A stretch of DNA of 64,000 nucleotides from an uncultured Bacteroidales bacterium. GTDB lineage: Bacteria > Bacteroidota > Bacteroidia > Bacteroidales > VadinHA17. A program made the position numbers and the translations under genes. Shown here piece after piece: positions 49,080 through 60,362 of the stretch (position 1 is its first letter; each line of letters begins with the position of its first letter). Under the pieces are notes generated by a model. That model was not told where the DNA came from, did not search any database, and worked only from the letters and a program-made list of their open reading frames with translations. The stretch lies in NCBI GenBank assembly GCA_963849945.1, contig CAWKJD010000003.1:232678-296677 (forward strand), given 5' to 3'.

Positions 49080-50259
49080 ATGAAAACACATTCGGGATTA
49101 GACATCGTTGCATTACACATGCCGCCGGGGCTGTCCGGTAAAAGGATCGGACTGCTCTGCCATGCGGCAAGCATCACCTCTGATTTAAGATATATCACTG
49201 AGGTTTTCGGGAGCGGAAGCGGTTGTCGCCTGGTTGCCGTTTTCGGACCGCAACATGGTATTTCAGGCCAGACACAGGATAATATGATCGAGTGGGAAGG
49301 TCAGACAGACCCCCTGCTTAAAATCCCTGTCTACAGTCTTTATGGGGAGCATCGCAAACCCACACCGGCAATGCTAGAAGGCCTTGAAGTTCTGGTAGTT
49401 GATCTGCAAGACGTTGGAGCACGGTTGTACACATACGCATGGACTGTCAAGCTTTGCATGGAAGCCTGCGCCGTGGCCGGCATTCCGGTTTATATTCTCG
49501 ACAGGCCTAACCCGATAGGCAGGGTTCAGGCCGACGGCCCGGTACTGAGAGAAGAGTTTTTCACTTTTGTGGGCGGAGCAGAGATACCGTTGTGCCACCG
49601 CATGACAATCGGTGAAATGGCTATCTGGCTTAAGGAAAAATATATTCATGACTGCGATCTTCATGTCATCCGGGCAGAGGGATGGAAGCGCAATTCATTA
49701 TATCGTGAGACCGGACTTCCATGGGTTCTCCCCTCTCCCAATATGCCTGCTCCGGAGACAGCGCTTGTATATCCGGGCACTGTGCTGGCTGAAGCACTTA
49801 ACCTTTCCGAGGGACGAGGCACGGTAATCCCCTTCGAGCTTACAGGCGCACCTTTCATTGACAGCACACGTTTGCTCAATGAGCTGAGAAGCAGGAAAAT
49901 ACCCGGGCTGCGCTTTCCGCATTCATGATTTCATACCTACATTTAACAAATATGCCGGCCAGTACTGTCATGGAATTCAGATACACGTAACTGATGCCTC
50001 AGACTTCAGACCTGTGGTAACAGCCTTGAATCTCTTTGATGCTGTTATAAAGACTTCACCTGCCGGCTCTCTGAGATTCAATCCGCCGCCGTATGAATAC
50101 GAGTACAGGCTGATGCCGTTCGACATACTTTCCGGCGACAGCCGCATGCGCGAGGTGCTTGAAAAAGGCCTGCCGGTTGCTGACGAAATCCGGAGATGGG
50201 ATGCTTCAATTGAATCTTTCAATAAAGAATTCAGACATATGGCCTTATATTCTGAATAG
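49080..50259 (+). pseudogene. DUF1343/NamZ-family exo-beta-N-acetylmuramidase, split by a +1 frameshift at ~49905
   Basis: FGPQHG, DLQDVGARLYTY, LDRPNP, PSPNMP, SEGRGT. Removing one G from CCCGGGC restores IPGCAFRIHDFIPTFNKYAG...GIQIHVTD, which joins the 50014-50259 ORF. Confidence 0.8.
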
Positions 50260-50374
50260 AATGGCCATGGCAGAAAATATAATTGCAGGTCAGTTATCAA
50301 CTTCCTTGTATTCAATGTCATACGAAGGTGCGAAGGCACCATAGATTTTTTTATTTATCACCACTTCGGATAGA

Positions 50375-50992
50375 ATGCTGTTCTCTGATACATATAAAAC
50401 CATAGCCTCTGAATCGAAAGGTCTTTTCAAAGACAGGGGAAGCAGGTTCATATCCGTTGCTATCCCGGTCTCATCTCAGGAGGAGATAAAAAGCAAACTG
50501 GAAGCACTGAGGAAGGAGTATCATGATGCCAGGCATCATTGCTATGCCTGGGTGCTTTCGCCTGACAGACAGGCATCGCGGGTCAATGATGATGGCGAAC
50601 CTTCAGGAACGGCCGGCCGGCCTATCATGGGCCAGTTAAACTCACGTGAACTTACAAACATCCTTGTAGTTGTAATACGATATTTCGGCGGAACTCTGCT
50701 GGGTGTCAGCGGACTGATAAATGCATACCGGACTGCTGCTGATGATGCCCTGTCGAAGGCCAGGATAATTGAAAAGCATGTGACGGAAAACTGGCTTGTC
50801 ACTTTTCTATACCCGGCCATGAACGATGTAATGAAAGTGCTCAAGGAGGAAGGCTGCCAGCAGCACTCTCTTAATTACAACGGCCAGGTATGCTCTGCTG
50901 AGATATCTTTCAGGGCATCACAGTCGGAGAAGGTCACAGGACGGCTGCGTAAGATTTCTGACCTCACCCTTTCATGGCTCCGCACAGGCTGA
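50375..50992 (+). CDS. YigZ/IMPACT-family protein
   Basis: KDRGSRF, ARHHCYAW, DDGEPSGTAG, RYFGGTLLGVSGLINAY. Confidence 0.92.
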   Translation: MLFSDTYKTIASESKGLFKDRGSRFISVAIPVSSQEEIKSKLEALRKEYHDARHHCYAWVLSPDRQASRVNDDGEPSGTAGRPIMGQLNSRELTNILVVVIRYFGGTLLGVSGLINAYRTAADDALSKARIIEKHVTENWLVTFLYPAMNDVMKVLKEEGCQQHSLNYNGQVCSAEISFRASQSEKVTGRLRKISDLTLSWLRTG

Positions 50993-51084
50993 GAAAGATA
51001 TTTTTAAATACTTTTTAACAGCTCTGACAAAAGAGCAATAGTTGTAATAACTTTGCCTTATCTCAGGTAGAAAAACATAACTTA

Positions 51085-51993
51085 ATGAAAACCAGGAGCT
51101 TAGTCTCAATTGATGATCTTTCCACCGAGGAGATCATGAAGATTCTGAAGCTTGCCGCCGAGTTTGAAAAAAAACCGGTACAGGATATCCTGAATGGCAA
51201 GGTGGTTGCAACCCTCTTCTTCGAGCCGTCAACACGAACCCGTCTCAGCTTCGAAAGCGCTGTCAACAAGCTCGGGGGAAAAGTCATCGGATTCACTGAC
51301 TCCTCTACCTCAAGTGTCAGCAAGGGAGAGACACTTAATGACACTATCAGGACAGTGAACAACTATGTTGACCTGATTGTCATGCGTCACCCTATCGAGG
51401 GCAGCGCGCGCTATGCAAGCGAAGTATCTTCTGTTCCGGTAATTAATGCCGGCGACGGGGCTAACCAGCATCCTACCCAGACCCTGCTCGACCTCTACTC
51501 TATCCTTAAGACGCAGGGAACACTTGACCACCTCAATATCTGTATGGTCGGTGACCTGAAGTACGGACGCACGGTGCATTCACTCCTGATGGCGATGTCG
51601 AGATGGAACACCTCCTTCAATTTTGTTGCACCTGAGGAGCTAAAGATGCCAGACGAATACAAACTCTATCTTGACAACCTGGGACTGAAATACCATGAGA
51701 CTATTGACCTCCAGGAGGTGATCAACCAGGCTGACATTATTTATATGACCCGCGTGCAGAAAGAGCGTTTCTCCGATCCGATAGAATACGAGAAGGTTAA
51801 GAATGCCTACGTACTGCATGATCATATGCTTGCCGATACGAAGCCGGGAATGAAGATCCTGCATCCCCTTCCCCGTGTAAATGAGATAAATCCTGATGTC
51901 GATTCCAACACCAAAGCATATTACTTCGAGCAGGCGCTCAACGGTGTATTCACCCGGCAGGCAATTATCTGTACCTTACTTGGATTAAAATAA
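51085..51993 (+). CDS. pyrB: Aspartate carbamoyltransferase catalytic subunit
   Basis: [31 protein letters not shown]. Confidence 0.97.
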   Translation: MKTRSLVSIDDLSTEEIMKILKLAAEFEKKPVQDILNGKVVATLFFEPSTRTRLSFESAVNKLGGKVIGFTDSSTSSVSKGETLNDTIRTVNNYVDLIVMRHPIEGSARYASEVSSVPVINAGDGANQHPTQTLLDLYSILKTQGTLDHLNICMVGDLKYGRTVHSLLMAMSRWNTSFNFVAPEELKMPDEYKLYLDNLGLKYHETIDLQEVINQADIIYMTRVQKERFSDPIEYEKVKNAYVLHDHMLADTKPGMKILHPLPRVNEINPDVDSNTKAYYFEQALNGVFTRQAIICTLLGLK

Positions 51994-51999
51994 GAAGCC

Positions 52000-52467
52000 A
52001 TGAAGAACATAAGTGATCCCAAGCAGCTGCTTGTAAGTGCTATTGAGAGCGGTACCGTGATTGATCATATACCGGCCGTCACGCTCTTCAAGGTCATAAA
52101 GATCCTGGGACTGGACAAAATAAAAAATCAGATCACCTTCGGCACCAATCTTGAAAGCAAAACCGATGGCAGGAAGGCCATTATCAAGATAGCCGGGAAG
52201 TTTTTCGAGGATGATGATATTAACCGTATAGCTCTTGTGGCACCCAACGCTAAACTGAATATCATAAAGGACTACCAGGTAGTGGAAAAGCGAGTGGTAT
52301 CTGTCCCTGACAGTATTACCGCTATAGCCAAGTGCATGAATCCCAAGTGCATTACTAATTTTGAAAAGGTGACCACACGGTTTAAGGTTGTCTCAAAAAA
52401 ACCTGTAGCGCTCAAGTGCCTCTACTGTGAAAAGATCACAGACCAGGAGCGGCTGGAGATTATCTGA
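52000..52467 (+). CDS. pyrI: Aspartate carbamoyltransferase regulatory subunit
   Basis: VSAIESGTVIDHI, CMNPKCIT, CLYCEK zinc site. Confidence 0.96.
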   Translation: MKNISDPKQLLVSAIESGTVIDHIPAVTLFKVIKILGLDKIKNQITFGTNLESKTDGRKAIIKIAGKFFEDDDINRIALVAPNAKLNIIKDYQVVEKRVVSVPDSITAIAKCMNPKCITNFEKVTTRFKVVSKKPVALKCLYCEKITDQERLEII

Positions 52468-52498
52468 CAACAGTATTTGATCTTTTTATACGCCACTT

Positions 52499-52686
52499 CT
52501 TTAAACAGGTCGCCCTTACAGGGCTGATAAATTTCAATACCATTATCTCTACAAACAGTAAGCTCCTATGGAGCTATTAATCCCTATAAACAGGCTGCCA
52601 TTCCGTAGCTGTCAACCGCATGGCGGCTTACTGTTTGTAGAATTGAGGCAAAAATTCAATCCTGAACCCCGTAGGGGTGGCCTGTG
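52499..52686. repeat. Cluster of five ~27-bp REP-like palindromic repeats (3 forward, 2 inverted)
   Basis: Approximate consensus CTACAAACAG-nnnGCCCCTACGGGGCT. Forward copies at 52499, 52549 and 52584; inverted copies at 52614-52640 and 52665-52686. Confidence 0.7.
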
Positions 52687-52702
52687 TCCTGATCTCTTTT
52701 CC

Positions 52703-53158
52703 TTATCTTAACCTGTCATAGGACTTCACCTTCTGGTCATCCTTCAGGATGGAGCGATATGCCATCCAGGCAAGGATGGCAGAGATGAGCGGGAAGATCA
52801 CCTTAATTTTCCAGATAACTGTCACATCCATCTTGCGGTCGAACATGATGACGTAAAAAGCTCCGAGGATCAGAGCGCCGAGTGACAACAGCAGTACCAG
52901 CATCGTTATCTTCATTTGTAGCGGTCTCTTCTTATAGAGAAAAATTGCTGCAAGCGTCAGCAGCGGAACAATGACCAGGATCACGGAAAGCGGCCAGAGC
53001 CGCTGAACAGCCTCCCCTCCCGCTTCTCCCAGCCCTTTTAAACTGATGGTAAATAATGTACCTGTACCGTTATCCATCTTTATCAGATCACCAGTCAGCA
53101 TAAGACATGAAAGAACAAGTACGGCTAACAGAAATAAAGTTTGGATCCTTTGTATCAT
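52703..53158 (-). CDS. DUF4293-family membrane protein
   Basis: MIQRIQT start, IFLYKKRPLQ, C-terminal I.KD...VKSYDRLR. Confidence 0.85.
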   Translation of the reverse strand: MIQRIQTLFLLAVLVLSCLMLTGDLIKMDNGTGTLFTISLKGLGEAGGEAVQRLWPLSVILVIVPLLTLAAIFLYKKRPLQMKITMLVLLLSLGALILGAFYVIMFDRKMDVTVIWKIKVIFPLISAILAWMAYRSILKDDQKVKSYDRLR

Positions 53159-53170
53159 ATTATTTTACAC

Positions 53171-55679
53171 TTATTTAGGTGAAAACAATTTTTTGAAATT
53201 CTGGTAATCAAGGTAATACAAAATCTTTAGAGAGATGCTGTTTGTCTGCGGCTTTGAAAAAAGTTCACCGAGATTTTCAAATGAATCGTCTATGATAACA
53301 TCACCCTCCGAGTATATGGCATTCTTCCAGACAATTGACATCTCACTGCCTGGTGCGAAACGCCATGTGTACACAACATCTATATTAAGATAGTTGGTAT
53401 TAACGTCATTATTTCCGGTATATATGATTTGCGTCAGGCTGCCGTCATCCTGCAGCCTGTAATAGTCTCCGTCGTAGTCTGCCCTGGACCAGTAATATCT
53501 GCCTCTGAGGGTGAGGTATGAGTTGGCTGTAAAGATGAACGCGCCGGAAAGGGTGTTTTCCATTGTTGTGACATCACGTTTTCCGAAAATGATCTCATTA
53601 CCAGCCTCTGCGCCGGCATACCCTATGTCATTGACAAGCTTTTCAAATCCAAAAGCATAATTGAATGAAAACCTCCGGCTCGCCTTGTACAGAGGCTGAA
53701 TGGAAAAGGCGTAACCATACTGGTCATAGTCAGACCAACTTTTGTAATACTGAGCCTGGACTTCAGCGTAGAGTTTCTTGCTCATATCAGTGTCACCCCT
53801 GTAACCTATCCCCACTGAAGGAGGCCTGTGGTAGAACATCGACATGTCGGGCGTACGCGGCTCAAAATAATCATCCTGACCCCAGGGCGTGATCTCTGCT
53901 TCGAGAGAGGCTGACCAGTAGTTCATGAAAATGATCTCGCTGCTGAAATCGATGCCGGCTGAAGTATATGCCCTTGGACTGAAAAGCTGTTCATAATTCA
54001 GGTCAATGGAGGTGCGTGTTGACATCAGGTGCCCTATCGGCTCGAAAGTATTGTAAGAGAAATCGATCGAATGACCAAGTCCATTATTATTGCGCAGATA
54101 TCCCATGTCATTGGGATCGTAGGTATCACTTAAAAGCGAGAAATTGTAGTCCGTCCGGAAGTTCCCTCCTGTCTTACCGATATTAAATTCCAGCGCGTGG
54201 CCCAGACTCGTCTCTGCAGCCTTATAATATTTCTGGCTAAGGGCAGCTCTGGCAGAAAAAGAATACAATCTGTTGTCCGTCTGAAGGAGGGTCTCAAAAC
54301 CTGTGACATTGGCTGTGTAAAAATTTTTGTCCTTTTCTGCAGCCCTGATTACGTTGGTGTTGACCAGGCTGATGTATGAATCGTTTTTCAGTGTCTGGTC
54401 CACCACGATCATATTATAGTTTGTGAGCGGCTCTGTCATTATTCTCCTGGTATCGCCGGTGACCGTGTCCTTCACCTCTGCCCACATCGTGTTCGTGATT
54501 GCATTGAACATTCCCAGGCCGAGTCCGCCCCTGGTTCTTCCGGAGACTTTTGTGGCATTCAGCAAGCCCACTTCAACAGGATTATGGGTTATGATCTCAT
54601 TCTCCTCAGTCATATCATAGACCTCAGTTACAAGGTGAGGAACACCCCCTACTCTTCTCGAATAAAAGATGTTTCCCTTATTAAACAACTCGGTGCCCTC
54701 CATAAAGAAGGGTCGTTTCTCATTATATTGCACCTCAAAGGGTGTCAGATTAAGCACATGATCATCAGACTGCACCTGCCCGAAGTCAGGTATCAGCGTT
54801 GCATCAAGGGTGAAGCTTTCGGAGAGGCCCAGCTTGACGTCAAGTCCGCCATTATATGAGGTGCCCACACCGGGCTGACCTGAAATATTCTCAATATAAC
54901 CGGATATGTATGGCACAAAGGATAAACGAAGCGGAGGTTTCACATCAGTTATGCCTGTCATTTCACCCAGATGTGCTATTGTAGCCCCGTACTCCTTGGT
55001 GACAAAGTTCCAGGACGAGGTCTCCCTTGTGCGGCGCACCTCCCTCCAGAAATTAATTCCCCATATCTGCTCATTGGACTTTGAAAATCTGAGTGCAGAA
55101 TAGGGTATTCTGATCTCAGCTACCCATCCTGTATCGCCGATTTTTGTCCGGCTCTCCCAGACTGCATCCCAGGTGTCGTTATTATCCCAGTCATCTTCTA
55201 AGCTGAGTTTGTTGTCTATCTGCACGTTTGAGGCAGTTACCTTAAACACTTCTCCATTCAGTCCGTCATTGAACGGGGAGATTTCAACATAAAATTTATC
55301 AGCGTTAATGTTGTCAGCGTCTCTTGGACCAAGTTCCGTGAAAATACTGTCAGGATGATCATCATGCATAAATGCTCCTATATAAAGGGCATCATCGTCA
55401 AAAAGCAAACGAACCTCAGTATTGTAGGCTGACGGAATACCATTGAAAGGATTGTACATGACAAAATCGGAGGCAGGTGACGGCCTTTATCCATGCCGAC
55501 TCGGTAAGATCGCCGTCAATATGTATTGGTTCATCAGTACGGACAGCCACTGCTCTTTTCTTTTCCTGTGAATCCACAGATCCTTTTCCTGACACCATTG
55601 CCTGCGAAAAGATAAAAGTAAGAATGAATAAGAATGTAATTATCCTGCAAGCTGACGTGTTTAAGGAGTTATTGAACAT
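53171..55679 (-). pseudogene. CBM9-like + DUF5916 outer-membrane protein, frameshifted near 55480
   Basis: The 5' ORF (55679) gives a signal peptide and IHIDGDLTESAW. The 3' ORF gives W.AEIRIPYSALRF, PDFGQVQSD, EKRPFFMEG, FYSRRVG. Removing one base joins them as ...WIKA.PASDFVMYNP. Confidence 0.75.
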
Positions 55680-55837
55680 ATAAATTGAATAGTGTTTAAG
55701 GCAGCAAATATATGCCTCTCCGGCTGATTACAGATTCTTATGCATGACATTAACAATATTTAACGACGGCAATGATAAGAAAACGTACCGTTGCACCGAA
55801 AACATTTTTTGTATTTTTGCAGCTTACTTATAACGTT

Positions 55838-56701
55838 ATGAAACAAACTGAACTGATAATAAACCCTGACGGGTCGATATTTCACCTCCATCTTCTGCCG
55901 GGTGACATTGCAGAAAATATAATCATCGTCGGCGATCCCGGCAGGGTTGAAATGATAGGCCAGATGCTCGACTCAGTGCGTGTCACGAAGAGCAACAGGG
56001 AGTTCAGTACTGTTACCGGAAGGTATCACGACATGGAAATAACCGTAATATCTTCGGGGATTGGCACTGATAATATCGATATAGTAATGAATGAGCTCGA
56101 TGCCCTGGTAAATATTGACCTTGCCACCGGAGTTATCGTTGATGAGCCTCGCTCATTAACATTCGTCAGGATAGGCACTGCAGGGGGACTTCAGGAAGAC
56201 ATTCCTGAAGGATCATTTGTCGCCACGGGCAAAGCAGTGGGTTTCGACGGAGTAATTCATTTCTATGAAGGATATGAATGGTGCCTTGACCACATGTTTG
56301 CTGATGCTCTTGCCAGTCACCTGGAATGGCCTGACACTTTACCGTATCCATATGTGGTTGATGCTGATCCTGCCCTCCTTGAAAGGGTGGCTTCCGGTAT
56401 GCGAAAAGGCGTCACAGTTTCATCACCGGGATTTTATGGTCCCCAGGGCCGCAAACTCAGGCTCGAGCCGTTTGACAGTGAGTTGAATGAAAATCTGAGG
56501 ACTTTCAGGTTCAGAGGTGAATCTATTACCAATTATGAAATGGAAAGTTCTGCCATTTACGGGCTCGCAAAGCTTTTAAATCATAAGGCTCTTACGGTAT
56601 GTTTAATAATCGGCAACAGGGTGACCGGGAAATTTCTTTCCGATTACAAGCCGGCCATGAAAACTCTTGTACAGCAGGTGCTTGATGCACTCAGCTCCTG
56701 A
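55838..56701 (+). CDS. Nucleoside phosphorylase (uridine phosphorylase-like)
   Basis: VGDPGRV, SSGIGTDN, RIGTAG, GFYGPQGR, NYEMES. ATG at 55838. Confidence 0.9.
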   Translation: MKQTELIINPDGSIFHLHLLPGDIAENIIIVGDPGRVEMIGQMLDSVRVTKSNREFSTVTGRYHDMEITVISSGIGTDNIDIVMNELDALVNIDLATGVIVDEPRSLTFVRIGTAGGLQEDIPEGSFVATGKAVGFDGVIHFYEGYEWCLDHMFADALASHLEWPDTLPYPYVVDADPALLERVASGMRKGVTVSSPGFYGPQGRKLRLEPFDSELNENLRTFRFRGESITNYEMESSAIYGLAKLLNHKALTVCLIIGNRVTGKFLSDYKPAMKTLVQQVLDALSS

Positions 56702-57851
56702 ACACCTCAGTTATCTCTTTCAGAATTGTGACTGCAGCCTTACCATCGCCGTAGAAGCCGGGATACTGCAGCAATTCCTTATTATTCATGAAGTATTCCC
56801 ATGCTTCGGCAATCCTCACGGGATCAGCATCGGCAAGCTTAACGGTGCCATTCTTTACCAGCTCCACCCACTCTGTTTCTTTTCTCAGCACAATACATGG
56901 CTTTGAAAAGAAATGGCTCTCTTTCTGCACACCTCCTGAGTCTGTGATGACCATCCTTGCCTTTTTTTCGAGAAGGATCATTTCAAGGAACGATACAGGT
57001 TTTATGACCCTGATCAGGTTATTTCCTGTCAGCCTCTCAAAGAGTTCCGGCGCTTTGTTCCGCAGAGCTATAATCGTTCTGGGGTGCAGTGGCATAACCA
57101 TTACCATGCGGTTGCTGTCAGCCAGGTCTATCAGTGTATTGAAGATAGCCGTCAGCCTCCCCAGATCGTCGGTGTTCAATTCACGGTGTATGGTGACAAG
57201 GACGAACTCATCTTCGGCAATCCCCATGCTGCTGAGGAAATCCTGCTTTTTCCGGTCTGCCAGGTCAGCATAGAAGAGGCTGTTGTCGTACATTATATCT
57301 CCTGTCAGGAATATCCGGGGGTTATTGATATTATATGGCGCCACGTTCTCGGGACGAAACCCTTCGGACATTAAATTCTTGAAAGCGGTGTTCGTAGAAG
57401 CAAAGAGCAGTGTTGAGGCATGATCTGCTGTAATGCGGTTGAGCTCTTCAGGCATAGTCTTGTTGAATGAACGCATGCCTGCTTCGATATGTACCACCGG
57501 ATAGTGTTGCTTCGCGGCAGCCAGGGCAGCAGCAAGAGTAGAATTCGTGTCACCGTAAATGATCACGCAGTCAGGCTTCTCATTCAGGATCACCTCTTCA
57601 ATACGTTCCATTATCAGTCCCGTCTGACGGCCATGTCTGCCTGATCCTACCTGCAGGTTGTGGTCCGGTTTCCTTATTTCGAGCTCATCGAAGAAAACCT
57701 CTGACAGCTCACGGTCGTAGTGCTGACCGGTATGAACTATTATTTCATTTATCTCATCTGCAAACTGTGCGGCAATCGCACGGCTTATGGCTGAAGCTTT
57801 GATTATCTGGGGCCTCGCACCGACAATATTAAGTACAGTGAGTTTCGTCAT
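56691..57851 (-). CDS. wecB: UDP-N-acetylglucosamine 2-epimerase (non-hydrolysing)
   Basis: [38 protein letters not shown]. Confidence 0.93.
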   Translation of the reverse strand: MTKLTVLNIVGARPQIIKASAISRAIAAQFADEINEIIVHTGQHYDRELSEVFFDELEIRKPDHNLQVGSGRHGRQTGLIMERIEEVILNEKPDCVIIYGDTNSTLAAALAAAKQHYPVVHIEAGMRSFNKTMPEELNRITADHASTLLFASTNTAFKNLMSEGFRPENVAPYNINNPRIFLTGDIMYDNSLFYADLADRKKQDFLSSMGIAEDEFVLVTIHRELNTDDLGRLTAIFNTLIDLADSNRMVMVMPLHPRTIIALRNKAPELFERLTGNNLIRVIKPVSFLEMILLEKKARMVITDSGGVQKESHFFSKPCIVLRKETEWVELVKNGTVKLADADPVRIAEAWEYFMNNKELLQYPGFYGDGKAAVTILKEITEVFRS

Positions 57852-59404
57852 TTTGCGTAGTTTACAGCTCTTGTCTCCCTGATTACGGTAATCTTTATCT
57901 GTCCGGGGTAAGTCATTTCATTCTGTATCTTCTGCGCAATTTCAAACGAGAGATTTTCAGTATCCTTGTCTGACACTTTATCAGCGCCGACAATTACCCT
58001 CAGTTCTCTTCCTGCCTGTATGGCATAGGTTTTTGTCACACCGGGATAAGTAAGGGCAAGGGACTCGAGTTCATTAAGCCTTTTGATGTATGATTCGATT
58101 ACCTCGCGTCTTGCTCCGGGGCGTGCGCCGGAAATGGCATCGCAAACCTGTACTATAGGAGCTATAAGGGTTGTCATTTCGGTCTCATCGTGGTGTGCCC
58201 CGATGGCATTGATAACCTCTGGCTTTTCCTTGTATTTTTCGGCCAGCTTCATGCCAAGAATTGCGTGCGGAAGCTCAGGCTCATCATCAGGCACCTTGCC
58301 TATGTCATGCAGCAGGCCTGCCCTCTTCGCCAGCTTCGGGTTCAGCCCAAGCTCGGAAGCCATTACTGAACACAGGTTGGCAACCTCCCGTGAATGCTGC
58401 AAAAGGTTCTGGCCGTATGATGACCTGTATTTCATCTTGCCAACGAGCCTTATGAGTTCAGGATGGAGACCATGGATACCAAGGTCGATTGTCGTACGCT
58501 TTCCGATCTCTATAATCTCTTCTTCGACCTGCTTCCGGGTCTTCTCCACTATCTCTTCAATACGTGCCGGGTGTATCCTTCCGTCAGTCACAAGCTGATG
58601 AAGTGAAAGGCGGGCTATCTCACGGCGTACGGGGTCAAAGCCTGAGAGCACGATGGCTTCAGGAGTATCATCAACAATTATCTCAATGCCTGTTGCTGCT
58701 TCCAGAGCTCTGATATTACGTCCTTCCCTGCCGATGATCCGGCCTTTAATCTCATCAGAGTCAATATGGAAGACTGTCACGGCATTTTCAATGGCGGTCT
58801 CTGCGGCAACACGCTGGATGGCCATCACAACAACCCGTTTGGCTTCTTTGGTGGCGGTCATCTTAGCATCGTCCAGAATCTCATTTATATATGACATTGC
58901 ACCTGTGCGGGCCTCTTCCTTGAGAGATTCCATCAGCTGGTTCTTTGCGTTGTCAGCTGACAGTCCCGAGATAGCCTCAAGCTGTTCAACCTGCTGACGG
59001 TGAAGCCTGGAGACTTCATCTGACTTCTTGTCAAGCAGTTCCAGCTGCTGGGTCAGGCTGTCCCTGATTGCATCAGCCTCGTTTTTTCTCCGCTGTGTCT
59101 CTTCCAGTTTCTGTGAGAGGGCAAGTTCTTTCTGCTTTATTCTGTTTTCTGCCTGATTTGCGCGGTTATTTTTTTCATTGATAACCTTTTCATGCTCAGC
59201 CTTCAGTTGCAGAAATCGTTCTTTGGCCTGAAGTATTTTCTCTTTTTTGATCACTTCTGCTTCAGCCTCAGCTTCAGAGATGATCTTTTTTCTTCTGGTA
59301 CGCAATACAATCTGCCACAGATAATATGACAGGACTGTTCCTGCGATGAAGGTCGCTCCGCCGATGGCGAAACCAACCCCTGGTGATATAACTGCTGTGA
59401 TCAT
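57848..59404 (-). CDS. rny: Ribonuclease Y
   Basis: N-terminal TM, coiled coil, [15 protein letters not shown] domain, LLHDIGK HD domain. Confidence 0.97.
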   Translation of the reverse strand: MITAVISPGVGFAIGGATFIAGTVLSYYLWQIVLRTRRKKIISEAEAEAEVIKKEKILQAKERFLQLKAEHEKVINEKNNRANQAENRIKQKELALSQKLEETQRRKNEADAIRDSLTQQLELLDKKSDEVSRLHRQQVEQLEAISGLSADNAKNQLMESLKEEARTGAMSYINEILDDAKMTATKEAKRVVVMAIQRVAAETAIENAVTVFHIDSDEIKGRIIGREGRNIRALEAATGIEIIVDDTPEAIVLSGFDPVRREIARLSLHQLVTDGRIHPARIEEIVEKTRKQVEEEIIEIGKRTTIDLGIHGLHPELIRLVGKMKYRSSYGQNLLQHSREVANLCSVMASELGLNPKLAKRAGLLHDIGKVPDDEPELPHAILGMKLAEKYKEKPEVINAIGAHHDETEMTTLIAPIVQVCDAISGARPGARREVIESYIKRLNELESLALTYPGVTKTYAIQAGRELRVIVGADKVSDKDTENLSFEIAQKIQNEMTYPGQIKITVIRETRAVNYAK

Positions 59405-59430
59405 AAAGTTTAAATTTATTTATAAAAAAA

Positions 59431-59623
59431 CCCGCAAGGTTTCTCCAACTTTTAAAAAAACCCCATATCTACATGGCTGAAGCGGCCGTATTACCTTGAA
59501 CTTCCACCGTCACACCTTAGCGTGATCCCGTAAAACCGGGCTGCGGCCTGTCCTTGACAATCCAAGACCAACTCCAAAGTACAAATTGTTGAGTTTTCAA
59601 AATGAATAGAGAAACAATGCGGG
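59431..59623 (-). ncRNA. ssrS: Probable 6S RNA
   Basis: About 193 nt between zapA and rny, the usual 6S location. Ends pair (CCCGCA..TTTCTC / GAGAAA..TGCGGG) and are followed by T7. Confidence 0.75.
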
Positions 59624-59654
59624 CAATATCCTGCTATTTACAAAGAACGCGTAT

Positions 59655-59945
59655 TTATCTTTTTGACAGACAGAGGTCGATTTTTTCACACAACTCCTTC
59701 ATTCCTTCTTCCACAGTTGAATCTTCCTCTTTCTCTTCTATCTCTATGAGCCTGATAACGTACTGGAGGGCTGCCATCGCCAGAAAATCCTGGATGTCCT
59801 TATCAACATAGCGCTGCTTGTACTGCAGCACTTTTTCATTGATCAGCCTGGCTGCTTTCCTGATACGTTCTTCATTTTCACTTTCAACCTTCAACGGATA
59901 ATACCTGTCGGCCACATTAACACGGATCGAAAGCTTATCATCCAT
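59655..59945 (-). CDS. zapA: Cell division protein ZapA
   Basis: IRVNVADRYYPL, EERIRKAA..IN, DIQDFLAMAAL. Confidence 0.9.
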   Translation of the reverse strand: MDDKLSIRVNVADRYYPLKVESENEERIRKAARLINEKVLQYKQRYVDKDIQDFLAMAALQYVIRLIEIEEKEEDSTVEEGMKELCEKIDLCLSKR

Positions 59946-59955
59946 TTCTATATAA

Positions 59956-60249
59956 TTATCTGTCTAAAAGAGCAATACATTTATCTATCTCCCGCACAAG
60001 TTCACTCACTCTCTTCCTTGCCTTCGCGGCATCGTCTCCATTCCCGAGGACTGCCCCCGAGAACTTCGCTCTTTCATATCTTGTCTGAAGCTCCTTTACT
60101 TCTTCATTTTTTTCCGCCAGTTGTCTTTTGACTTCTGACAGTTCATTTTTAAGATCCGCTGCCAGCTCTCTCAGTTTTTCATGCTCTGAAACCAGGGCTT
60201 CCACTGATCTTCTGAGCAAAAGATATTCCTCATATCCCTTTGCATTCAT
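59956..60249 (-). CDS. Coiled-coil protein upstream of zapA (ZapB-like)
   Basis: Heptad-rich sequence, C-terminal LVREIDKCIALL typical of this Bacteroidota locus. Confidence 0.7.
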   Translation of the reverse strand: MNAKGYEEYLLLRRSVEALVSEHEKLRELAADLKNELSEVKRQLAEKNEEVKELQTRYERAKFSGAVLGNGDDAAKARKRVSELVREIDKCIALLDR

Positions 60250-60362
60250 AACTGACAACTATAGTGACAAAAATAACATCTTTTTTGCTCTTTTCAAAAA
60301 AATGATGACATTAAGTTTGCTCTTTTGGTGCTTAAACTTAGTTTTGCACATCAGTTTAGATC

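Noticed and set aside
49926-49928. TGA read-through (selenocysteine) in the NamZ-like gene
   Set aside because: Homology continues in a different frame, so this is a frameshift rather than an in-frame stop.
50261-50350. 27-codon ORF (MAMAENIIAG...) and GGTGC-GAAG-GCACC hairpin before yigZ
   Set aside because: No leader-peptide signature. The 5-bp hairpin is at best a weak terminator, too little to call.
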